From: an uncultured Verrucomicrobiae bacterium
Lineage (GTDB): Bacteria; Verrucomicrobiota; Verrucomicrobiia; Chthoniobacterales; UBA10450
DNA length: 64,000 bases
Direction: 5' to 3'
Assembly (NCBI GenBank): GCA_963772365.1
Contig: CAVYXA010000001.1
Location: 320,001-384,000, forward strand
Both the position numbers and the translations under genes were made by a program. Under the pieces are notes generated by a model, which saw nothing but the letters and a program-made list of their open reading frames with translations, was not told the origin of the DNA and did not search any database. Below, piece by piece: positions 56,913 through 64,000 of this stretch; the stretch's first letter is position 1; every line of letters starts with the position of its first letter.

Positions 56913-56987
56913 TGGCTCCAGAGGTAGGATTCGAACCTACGACCAATCGGTTAATCCCGACTGTGTCGGGACTCTAGCACTGAGCTA
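56913..56987 (-). pseudogene. Defective tRNA-Asn copy with 17-nt palindrome replacing the 5' anticodon-stem strand
   Basis: 56913-56954 identical to the tRNA-Asn 3' half; palindrome 56955-56971; D-arm remnant 56972-56987. Confidence 0.9.
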
Positions 56988-57241
56988 GGTTTATATCTGA
57001 GCAACTCCTTTCGGATTCTACGGGCAGATTTCCATGATTTGATTTCGCGTTCGCGACGCATCGCGCTGGACCTGTCGGGATAATCTTCGACCCAAGCCAA
57101 AGTCCAGGGCCCGTTCTTACGAGTAAATTTGCCCAGGATCCTATCCGTTCGATTGTGGCTTAAGATTCTTTGGGGGACGTCATCGGAATGGCCGATGTAG
57201 AATCTGCCGACTGGATTTTGGAGAATGTATACCGCAAACAT
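56951..57241 (-). CDS. Stand-alone GIY-YIG nuclease (96 aa), tRNA-Asn-associated
   Basis: AVYILQ..GRFYIG..QRILSHN..GPW..AMRREREIK; ATG 8 nt after the tRNA CCA. Confidence 0.92.
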   Translation of the reverse strand: MFAVYILQNPVGRFYIGHSDDVPQRILSHNRTDRILGKFTRKNGPWTLAWVEDYPDRSSAMRREREIKSWKSARRIRKELLRYKPSSVLESRHSRD

Positions 57242-57249
57242 GAAAAATT

Positions 57250-57324
57250 TGGCTCCAGAGGTAGGATTCGAACCTACGACCAATCGGTTAACAGCCGACC
57301 GCTCTACCACTGAGCTACTCTGGA
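57250..57324 (-). tRNA. tRNA-Asn(GTT), CCA encoded
   Basis: TCCAGAGTAGCTCAGTGGTAGAGCGGTCGGCTGTTAACCGATTGGTCGTAGGTTCGAATCCTACCTCTGGAGCCA. Confidence 0.97.
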
Positions 57325-57377
57325 TCGCTGATTGAGATCGGTCGTATATTTGTCCAGCGTTTCTCTCCAAGCAACTG

Positions 57378-57432
57378 CCAATCGGTTAATCCCGACTGCA
57401 TCGGGACTCTACCACTGAGCTACTCTGGATCG
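57378..57432 (-). pseudogene. 5' tRNA-Asn fragment carrying the same palindrome substitution, T arm missing
   Basis: TCCAGAGTAGCTCAGTGGTAGAG-TCCCGATGCAGTCGGGA-TTAACCGATTGG. Confidence 0.88.
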
Positions 57433-57536
57433 TGTTTCGCCCGATGAGCGGGCTGAATCTTGCGCAGAGGAGTGCGCGCAGCAAGTGATTTGGTTGCGGG
57501 GGGCGGATTTGAACCGCCGATCCGGCAGCTGCCGGA

Positions 57537-57800
57537 TTATGAGCGGCGAACCCTAGGAAAACCCGTAATTGCGTAAAAGCCCGCTCCTCTGCCTTGTCGT
57601 TTCAATCGGTTCTCCATCTTCCTAGCGTCGCTCAGCAACATCGGCTCGCTCTGCCAGACCATCTTCCAGGGACCGCGTCCTTTGGTCCAGCGGGATTCGC
57701 CGGAATTGTGTTGGCGCGTTCTTCTTTCAACATCATCGGTAACTCCAACATAAAATCTGCCCGTGTCATTTTGAAGGACGTAGACCCGGTAAGTTACCAA
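57537..57800 (-). CDS. GIY-YIG nuclease, distal copy with divergent C-terminus (87 aa)
   Basis: RVYVLQ..RFYVG..RRTRQHN..GPW..ARKME; TTG start. Confidence 0.9.
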   Translation of the reverse strand: MVTYRVYVLQNDTGRFYVGVTDDVERRTRQHNSGESRWTKGRGPWKMVWQSEPMLLSDARKMENRLKRQGRGAGFYAITGFPRVRRS

Positions 57801-57860
57801 AGCGCCAGAAAATTTGGTTGCGGGGGGCGGATTTGAACCGCCGATCCGGCAGCTGCCGGA

Positions 57861-58121
57861 TTATGAGCCATCCCGATGCAGACCTGTCATCGCGTAGAAG
57901 CCCGAGCCTCTCCCTTGCCGCTTCAGCCGGTTCTCCATTTTCCTTGCTTCGCCTAGAGTTATCGGCTCGCTCTGCCAGACCATCTTCCAGGGACCGCGTC
58001 CTTTGGTCCAGCGGGATTCGCCGGAATTGTGTTGGCGCGTTCTTCTTTCAACATCATCGGTAACTCCAACATAAAATCTGCCCGTGTCATTTTGAAGGAC
58101 GTAGACCCGGTAAGTTACCAA
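57861..58121 (-). CDS. GIY-YIG nuclease, array copy (86 aa)
   Basis: Same motifs; protein identical to the other 86-aa copies. Confidence 0.9.
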   Translation of the reverse strand: MVTYRVYVLQNDTGRFYVGVTDDVERRTRQHNSGESRWTKGRGPWKMVWQSEPITLGEARKMENRLKRQGRGSGFYAMTGLHRDGS

Positions 58122-58181
58122 AGCGCCAGAAAATTTGGTTGCGGGGGGCGGATTTGAACCGCCGATCCGGCAGCTGCCGGA

Positions 58182-58442
58182 TTATGAGCCATCCCGATGC
58201 AGACCTGTCATCGCGTAGAAGCCCGAGCCTCTCCCTTGCCGCTTCAGCCGGTTCTCCATTTTCCTTGCTTCGCCTAGAGTTATCGGCTCGCTCTGCCAGA
58301 CCATCTTCCAGGGACCGCGTCCTTTGGTCCAGCGGGATTCGCCGGAATTGTGTTGGCGCGTTCTTCTTTCAACATCATCGGTAACTCCAACATAAAATCT
58401 GCCCGTGTCATTTTGAAGGACGTAGACCCGGTAAGTTACCAA
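58182..58442 (-). CDS. GIY-YIG nuclease, array copy (86 aa)
   Basis: Identical repeat unit. Confidence 0.9.
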   Translation of the reverse strand: MVTYRVYVLQNDTGRFYVGVTDDVERRTRQHNSGESRWTKGRGPWKMVWQSEPITLGEARKMENRLKRQGRGSGFYAMTGLHRDGS

Positions 58443-58502
58443 AGCGCCAGAAAATTTGGTTGCGGGGGGCGGATTTGAACCGCCGATCCGGCAGCTGCCG
58501 GA

Positions 58503-58763
58503 TTATGAGCCATCCCGATGCAGACCTGTCATCGCGTAGAAGCCCGAGCCTCTCCCTTGCCGCTTCAGCCGGTTCTCCATTTTCCTTGCTTCGCCTAGAG
58601 TTATCGGCTCGCTCTGCCAGACCATCTTCCAGGGACCGCGTCCTTTGGTCCAGCGGGATTCGCCGGAATTGTGTTGGCGCGTTCTTCTTTCAACATCATC
58701 GGTAACTCCAACATAAAATCTGCCCGTGTCATTTTGAAGGACGTAGACCCGGTAAGTTACCAA
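58503..58763 (-). CDS. GIY-YIG nuclease, array copy (86 aa)
   Basis: Identical repeat unit. Confidence 0.9.
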   Translation of the reverse strand: MVTYRVYVLQNDTGRFYVGVTDDVERRTRQHNSGESRWTKGRGPWKMVWQSEPITLGEARKMENRLKRQGRGSGFYAMTGLHRDGS

Positions 58764-58823
58764 AGCGCCAGAAAATTTGGTTGCGGGGGGCGGATTTGAA
58801 CCGCCGATCCAGCAGCTGCCGGA

Positions 58824-59084
58824 TTATGAGCCATCCCGATGCAGACCTGTCATCGCGTAGAAGCCCGAGCCTCTCCCTTGCCGCTTCAGCCGGTTCTCCA
58901 TTTTCCTTGCTTCGCCTAGAGTTATCGGCTCGCTCTGCCAGACCATCTTCCAGGGACCGCGTCCTTTGGTCCAGCGGGATTCGCCGGAATTGTGTTGGCG
59001 CGTTCTTCTTTCAACATCATCGGTAACTCCAACATAAAATCTGCCCGTGTCATTTTGAAGGACGTAGACCCGGTAAGTTACCAA
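58824..59084 (-). CDS. GIY-YIG nuclease, tRNA-proximal array copy (86 aa)
   Basis: Starts 14 nt after the CCA of tRNA-fMet. Confidence 0.9.
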   Translation of the reverse strand: MVTYRVYVLQNDTGRFYVGVTDDVERRTRQHNSGESRWTKGRGPWKMVWQSEPITLGEARKMENRLKRQGRGSGFYAMTGLHRDGS

Positions 59085-59098
59085 AGCGCCAGAAAATT

Positions 59099-59175
<77 letters not shown>

Positions 59176-59258
59176 GGGTCAAGATTGCAGAATTCACCGC
59201 GAAATCAACCATCCACAGGCTTCGAGATTAGGTTGAGAGATTTTTCTCTTCGCTCAGA

Positions 59259-60185
59259 ATGACAACTATGGGAGATAGAATCCTGGTTGGCACCGCGAGC
59301 TGGTCCGATCCGGGATTTGTTCAGCATTGGTATCCGAAACGGATGCCTGCGGGTGAGCGCCTTGGGTGGTACGCGCAGCATTTCGAGCTGGTCGAAGTGA
59401 ATTCGACGTTCTATTCCGTGCCCGAGCCGCGTTTGGTCGAACGCTGGTGCCGGAGTACTCCGGATCCATTCACTTTCGACGTAAAGCTGCACCAACTGCT
59501 TTCCCGTCACTCCACGGCTTCGAAATTGTTGCCGCCAAACCTGCAGAAATGCGCCGAAATCGATTCAAAAGGAAAAGCAATACTGACGCCTGAACTGGAA
59601 GAGGCAATGATCAACGACTTTTTGCCTTCGCTGTCGATCTTTCGAAGCTCGGGAAAGTTGGGCGCACTTCTTTTGCAGCTCTCCCCCGCGTTTTCTCCAC
59701 GCCAAAACAAGTTGGTCGAACTTGAGTCGATCATTGAGAAGCTGCGCGGTTACGAGCTCGCGATAGAATTTCGCAATCGCAATTGGGCGATCGGAGATCA
59801 ATTAGGATCGACCATTGAATTCCTGCGGGATCGGAACGTGGCCTTTGTGAATGTCGATGCTCCAAAGTCCGACCATTTCACGGTCCTGCCATCCGACCTT
59901 GATGAAGTGACAAACCGCAGCATTGCGTATTTGCGCCTGCATGGCCGCAATGCCCGGGCTTACGTTACGGGCAGGACCGTGGCCGCGCGGTTTAATTATG
60001 ATTACGGCGATGAGGAAATTGGCGAGATCGCCGAGCGAACCAAATGCCTTGCGAAAAATGCGGCAACGGTCCACGTCGTGTTCAATAACAACGCGCTCGA
60101 TTACGCCCCGCGCGCTGCGGCTCGTTTGCGCAAAGCGCTCGGACAGATCGTGCCGACGATCCCGGAAACGGCGGAGTTATTTTGA
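59259..60185 (+). CDS. DUF72 (YecE-like) protein
   Basis: VGTASWS, VEVNSTFY, LLLQLSP, IEFRN, YLRLHGRN, VFNN. Confidence 0.92.
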   Translation: MTTMGDRILVGTASWSDPGFVQHWYPKRMPAGERLGWYAQHFELVEVNSTFYSVPEPRLVERWCRSTPDPFTFDVKLHQLLSRHSTASKLLPPNLQKCAEIDSKGKAILTPELEEAMINDFLPSLSIFRSSGKLGALLLQLSPAFSPRQNKLVELESIIEKLRGYELAIEFRNRNWAIGDQLGSTIEFLRDRNVAFVNVDAPKSDHFTVLPSDLDEVTNRSIAYLRLHGRNARAYVTGRTVAARFNYDYGDEEIGEIAERTKCLAKNAATVHVVFNNNALDYAPRAAARLRKALGQIVPTIPETAELF

Positions 60186-60256
60186 TCGTTCGAGCGTTTA
60201 AACCGTTAAAGCGCTCAAGCGTCCGTGAAGGACATGTCATTACGAGCCAGCGCAAA

Positions 60257-62254
60257 TTAATTCAAAGGTCGCCGTACCAACTGGCCTTTCTTGGGCGTGC
60301 CGCGCTCGACTCTGCGCCAATGCGATCCGTCATCATCCGATACTTCATAATCATTGTATTCCTGTGGGAAGTCCACGCCGATTTCGTTGTCCTTCGTGAA
60401 TACTCCAGTATGCAGATGACAGCCATTAAGCGCTCCAACGGTCCCGACTTGTTCGCCTTTCTTGATAAGAATCCGCCCGTCCTTGTCGCGGTCCTTGGGC
60501 TGAATATAGGTCATGTTAAATGACGTGAACATGTGGGCGTACGACTCCTCTTCATCACGAGCGTGTTCGATGTAGAGATAATTCGGCTCATCGAAGTCGT
60601 CCTTATCAGGGCCTCCTCTTCCCACGTCGTTGATCTGTGCGACCCACCCCGTTGCCGAGGCATAGACCGGTTCACCGCAGGATTTGGCTGTAGAGTTGGG
60701 ATTGGGCACCTTGTTTTTTGATTCGTCACCTGCCAGAACGAAGTCGATGGCAAATGCCGCGATGCCCCAATGACTGGCACCGGTAGCTTCGTTCATCCCC
60801 TGAACGACCTTCCATGCCTGCCCCGGTTTGAACGGAAGTTGTCTCTTGCTGCGTTGAAACGGCAGGGGCTGCAATTCCCCGTCAGTCTTACTGTCGATGG
60901 GGAAAGACACCAGAGTCAGCCCCGATGCCGCCATGTCTGGAGTGAGAGTTTTGAAAACGATCTTCGAATCCGTCAGAACTTTTGATGGATTTTTCATTTC
61001 ATCGAATATCCACGCCCCGGCGTGCACATTTACGTCATCGCGTCTTAATACGCCTGCGTGGCTTTGTCTCTCTATGATTTCCGATTGATTAAGCGCCTTC
61101 TTTAAGACAACTACGTCATCAATTAAACCATAGAACTGCGCCTCTGAATCGTTAACGCCCTTTCCATCACGCCGACGGCCCAAGCGAAGGCGATTGTCCG
61201 CCGCCGGTAAATCTTTATCTCTAGGATCGATGACGATCGCGGGCTGCATTAGTACACCATTGATAAACAACTTGAACGTGTTCCCCGATCGCACGACGGC
61301 CAGATTCACCCACGTCCCAGAAGCCAGGAGAGGCGAAGCGTAGATTTGCTCCTTTCCACCCACCTTCATCACAATTCGAAAACCAGCGCTTGGGGAGTAC
61401 CGCGCCTGGCCTATTACATAGGTACCGTTTGAACTCTCAGCGACAATCGGACCCGCATAAGCCGCAGCGTACTGTGGCATGAATCGCGCCAGAATTGTGT
61501 GATCGTGGTCAAAGAAGTCTCCGAATCTCAAATTTGTATCGGCATACCCGCGCCAGCCGAAATAGGCTGCTTGATTGAAGCTGAGGCCGCCCCAATTTCC
61601 TCTTATCCGTCGCGGGTACCCTTCGAGAGCTCTGTTGTTTTTGACGTCATAGCGAATGTACTCATCGCCTTTGAAGAAGAAGGCGGTTGTGCTGTTCCAC
61701 AACACTGCGGCGTCTATGTCGCTTGCCCATACTCCCTTGAAGCGATCTGTAATCTTCAGTTTCTTTGGCCTGTGCTTCTCTCGGATGTCGTACTGCATCA
61801 CCTCGTCACCCTTGAAGAAATAGGCAAAGCCGTCGTTCCACATCACGGCTGCGTCGATATCTTTATCCCAAAGTCCGTGCCAGAAAGTAGAGATGTCGGC
61901 GGGATAGCCCTCGTCCGCGCGATCCCTGGCGATGTCGTAGCGAATGTACTGATTACCCTTGAAGAAATAAGCCTTGCCGTTATTCCAGGTTAGTGCGGCG
62001 TCGATCTTGTTCTCCCAGACCCCAGGCCAATTCCCCGCGATGTGCTTCGGGTAATGCTCATCAGCTCGGTCGTTCGCAATATCATACCGAACATATTGAC
62101 CGGTATCGTAAAAGAGATAGGCCTTGCCGTTGGTCCAAACAACCGCATCGGACAGCTTCTGGGCTTTGCATTCGACGTTCCCCAGAACGATCAACACACA
62201 GGTGATTGCCGTTATAATCAACCCGCCACTGAGGTTGAGCACTCTTGATGCCAT
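60257..62254 (-). CDS. Secreted hemopexin-repeat + LamG-like + M23-family peptidase protein
   Basis: Four IDAA..WN.G.AYFFKG..Y.RYD repeats; WVNLAVVRSG..LFING..FYGLIDDV; SH..AIDF, YAHM, CHLH. Start may be 62254 or 62320. Confidence 0.85.
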   Translation of the reverse strand: MASRVLNLSGGLIITAITCVLIVLGNVECKAQKLSDAVVWTNGKAYLFYDTGQYVRYDIANDRADEHYPKHIAGNWPGVWENKIDAALTWNNGKAYFFKGNQYIRYDIARDRADEGYPADISTFWHGLWDKDIDAAVMWNDGFAYFFKGDEVMQYDIREKHRPKKLKITDRFKGVWASDIDAAVLWNSTTAFFFKGDEYIRYDVKNNRALEGYPRRIRGNWGGLSFNQAAYFGWRGYADTNLRFGDFFDHDHTILARFMPQYAAAYAGPIVAESSNGTYVIGQARYSPSAGFRIVMKVGGKEQIYASPLLASGTWVNLAVVRSGNTFKLFINGVLMQPAIVIDPRDKDLPAADNRLRLGRRRDGKGVNDSEAQFYGLIDDVVVLKKALNQSEIIERQSHAGVLRRDDVNVHAGAWIFDEMKNPSKVLTDSKIVFKTLTPDMAASGLTLVSFPIDSKTDGELQPLPFQRSKRQLPFKPGQAWKVVQGMNEATGASHWGIAAFAIDFVLAGDESKNKVPNPNSTAKSCGEPVYASATGWVAQINDVGRGGPDKDDFDEPNYLYIEHARDEEESYAHMFTSFNMTYIQPKDRDKDGRILIKKGEQVGTVGALNGCHLHTGVFTKDNEIGVDFPQEYNDYEVSDDDGSHWRRVERGTPKKGQLVRRPLN

Positions 62255-62492
62255 GGCAAATCGAACAAGAGGTTCTACAGACGCGCCTGAATTCGACAGG
62301 CTGCCGATGGGAATCCACATGAACTTGTCCTCCTCGGTTTCAAATGATATTCATCCTGGATTGAAACTGCAATCATGGAAGAGGCCATTGGCGAGTGTCA
62401 ATGCGAAATTGCAGGACGTTTGGGCACAGTGCTTTAACAGCTATCGCAGCGCGGCGACAGACACCTGAGCTGTTTTAGGTTACGCTGCAGCC

Positions 62493-63011
62493 GTGGAGGA
62501 GCCAGCGGCAACGCGAATTTACGAATCACGACTGCCAAAAACACTGGCGCGACTGAAGAAGTGGCTGGTCGCGCATCATATGACCCTGATGACAATCGCC
62601 GATACGCCCCATTCGATCGCACTGGGTTCCGCGATTGGAATTTTCTTCGGATTCACGCCTCTGTGGAGCCTAAAAACCCTGTTATCGATTGGAACCGCGT
62701 GGGTTTGTCGATCTAACAAGATTGCTGCGGCCGTTGCCGTGACCCTGCATGATGTTCTCCTGCCCTTCATGCCGGCGATTTACCTCTGGGAATACAGGAT
62801 GGGCTACCGGATCTTACACGGCGTGCGGGCGCATCGAATTCGGTTCCACCATCTGACAGTGGTTAATTATCTGCATTGGAAGACATTCGTCCGGATCATT
62901 TGGCCAACACTAGCCGGGTCGCTTCTGTTGGCGCTGCCCTCGGCCCTAATCATCTACTGCCTGATCCGACTTCTCGTGAGCCGGGCGCAGACGCCGGAGA
63001 AGGCGCGTTGA
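62493..63011 (+). CDS. DUF2062-like membrane protein
   Basis: DTPHSIALGSAIGIFFGFTP, P.IYLWEYRMG. Confidence 0.85.
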   Translation: MEEPAATRIYESRLPKTLARLKKWLVAHHMTLMTIADTPHSIALGSAIGIFFGFTPLWSLKTLLSIGTAWVCRSNKIAAAVAVTLHDVLLPFMPAIYLWEYRMGYRILHGVRAHRIRFHHLTVVNYLHWKTFVRIIWPTLAGSLLLALPSALIIYCLIRLLVSRAQTPEKAR

Positions 63012-63116
63012 TCAGGAGTTCGAGAATCACAGATTCCCGTAGCGCACCTGAAGAGTGACAATCTCCCATATTGCCGAGGAACCAGCCCCGGCGGACGGCT
63101 GTTTTTCCCTCGTAAG

Positions 63117-63132
63117 CGGCACGAGAGTTGCA
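63117..63132 (+). promoter_or_regulatory. Putative sigma-54 (-24/-12) promoter
   Basis: CGGCACGAGAGTTGCA fits TGGCACG-N4-TTGCW except for the first base; 65 nt upstream of ATG 63198. Confidence 0.55.
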
Positions 63133-63197
63133 TCAGAGAACGCCCGACTCGTTCCTCGTCTTGAGATAAGAGGCAGGGATGAGCGAGCCAAAAAACT

Positions 63198-63884
63198 ATG
63201 AAATCTTTGATCGTCATCCTCTCCAGCGGCCTTCTATGCGCTTGCGCAGACATGGTCGTGACAAAAACCGACGTAGCTACCCCTGGTGGCGGTGGCGTTG
63301 CAGCTCCTACAGATGCCAAGGATATCGGTTCGACCGGCGTTTACATGACCACAAATTGCGGCGTAGGTGCGACCAACCCACGGGCGATCTATATTCGGCC
63401 GTTTTGCATCGACAACGCGATCTTCAAGGGCGATGAGGCCGATTCGGACGGTGAAATGCCTATTCGCAAGGCGCTCACACCTGTGGAATTTGCGCAGGAT
63501 TTAAAACAAGAACTCGAGCGTATCGCTCCGGCCCGAATTCTGAAGGACAACGAGGCCCCGCGAGTCGGCTGGCTGGTCGATGGTGAATTCAGAATTGTTG
63601 ACGGGGGTAGCCCGATCGCACGCTTCTTCTTCGGAAACGTGGGTGCCGGTTTCTCCTATCTGGCTTTGCACGTCCGAGTGACCGATGTGGAACGCGGTAT
63701 TGTGGTGTATGAATTTGACATGGCCGGCGGCAGCAGATTGCAGGGAAAATTTGGAACCCTGCGGGCGAGCGGTTTGGGCAAGGCCACACATTTCGATCTA
63801 CGTAATGCAGCGGAGCGAGTTTATCTTACGTTGAGCACAAATCCGAATCGGTTCGCCGTCCACTCCTCGCCGGTTCTGCAATAG
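63198..63884 (+). CDS. Lipoprotein, DUF4410-like
   Basis: Lipobox LCAC; IYIRPF, LVDGEF..VDGG...RFFFG..GAG. Confidence 0.75.
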   Translation: MKSLIVILSSGLLCACADMVVTKTDVATPGGGGVAAPTDAKDIGSTGVYMTTNCGVGATNPRAIYIRPFCIDNAIFKGDEADSDGEMPIRKALTPVEFAQDLKQELERIAPARILKDNEAPRVGWLVDGEFRIVDGGSPIARFFFGNVGAGFSYLALHVRVTDVERGIVVYEFDMAGGSRLQGKFGTLRASGLGKATHFDLRNAAERVYLTLSTNPNRFAVHSSPVLQ

Positions 63885-64000
63885 TTCCTTAAACGGACGG
63901 CATTGCAGCCATTGCACGGCCACAGAGCTCCAGAACCGTTCGTTCCCTTGCCAATCCACTACGGTTGATTAACGTGCTGCGATTCGAGGGTCTCTTCATG

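Noticed and set aside
57242..57370. N-terminal extension of the Asn GIY-YIG ORF (139-aa call)
   Set aside because: It reads through the tRNA-Asn gene; ATG 57241 gives a normal-length domain.
57341..57485. Sigma-70 promoters ahead of both tRNA-Asn 5' halves (TTGCTT-17-AAATAT, TTGCTG-17-AAGATT)
   Set aside because: The -10 matches are too weak to call without transcription data.
57491..58831. Calling the repeated tRNA-like pieces functional tRNA-Met genes or intron-split tRNAs
   Set aside because: They lack the 5' acceptor strand and D arm, the upstream tRNA is already complete, and no group I/II intron core is visible.
57818..59026. Repeated 81-aa plus-strand ORFs (MRGADLNRR...)
   Set aside because: Antisense shadows of the GIY-YIG units, with no motif.

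Overview
A GC-rich (about 55% by eye) bacterial chromosome segment. It is most consistent with a soil Verrucomicrobiota member, an inference from fusA coupled directly to rpsJ, no rpsN or rpmD in the spc operon, futalosine-pathway genes, a PEP-CTERM protein and bactofilins. 1-16.7 kb is fusA plus the S10-spc-alpha ribosomal cluster, with one foreign gene inserted and no rpoA/rplQ. 16.7-36 kb is housekeeping: secretin, ECF sigma factor, mqnE/mqnA, murJ, gdh and fumarylacetoacetase genes. 36.0-44.7 kb is an 8.6 kb satellite-like integrative element (integrase, xis-like gene, primase-helicase, iterons, secreted cargo) that duplicates the 5' half of tRNA-Ile2(CAT). 45-56 kb is a frameshift-dense stretch, probably sequence error (bactofilins, glnD, glycosyltransferases, GH130). 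The most unusual part is 56.9-59.2 kb, where two different tRNA genes (Asn and initiator Met) are each followed by small stand-alone GIY-YIG nuclease genes. Each nuclease ORF ends on a TAA inside the anticodon loop of a defective tRNA copy, and in that copy one anticodon-stem strand is replaced by a 16-17 nt TCC...GGA palindrome. At tRNA-fMet this unit forms a five-copy tandem array. This looks like a tRNA-targeting GIY-YIG/palindrome element; its mechanism is inference only.
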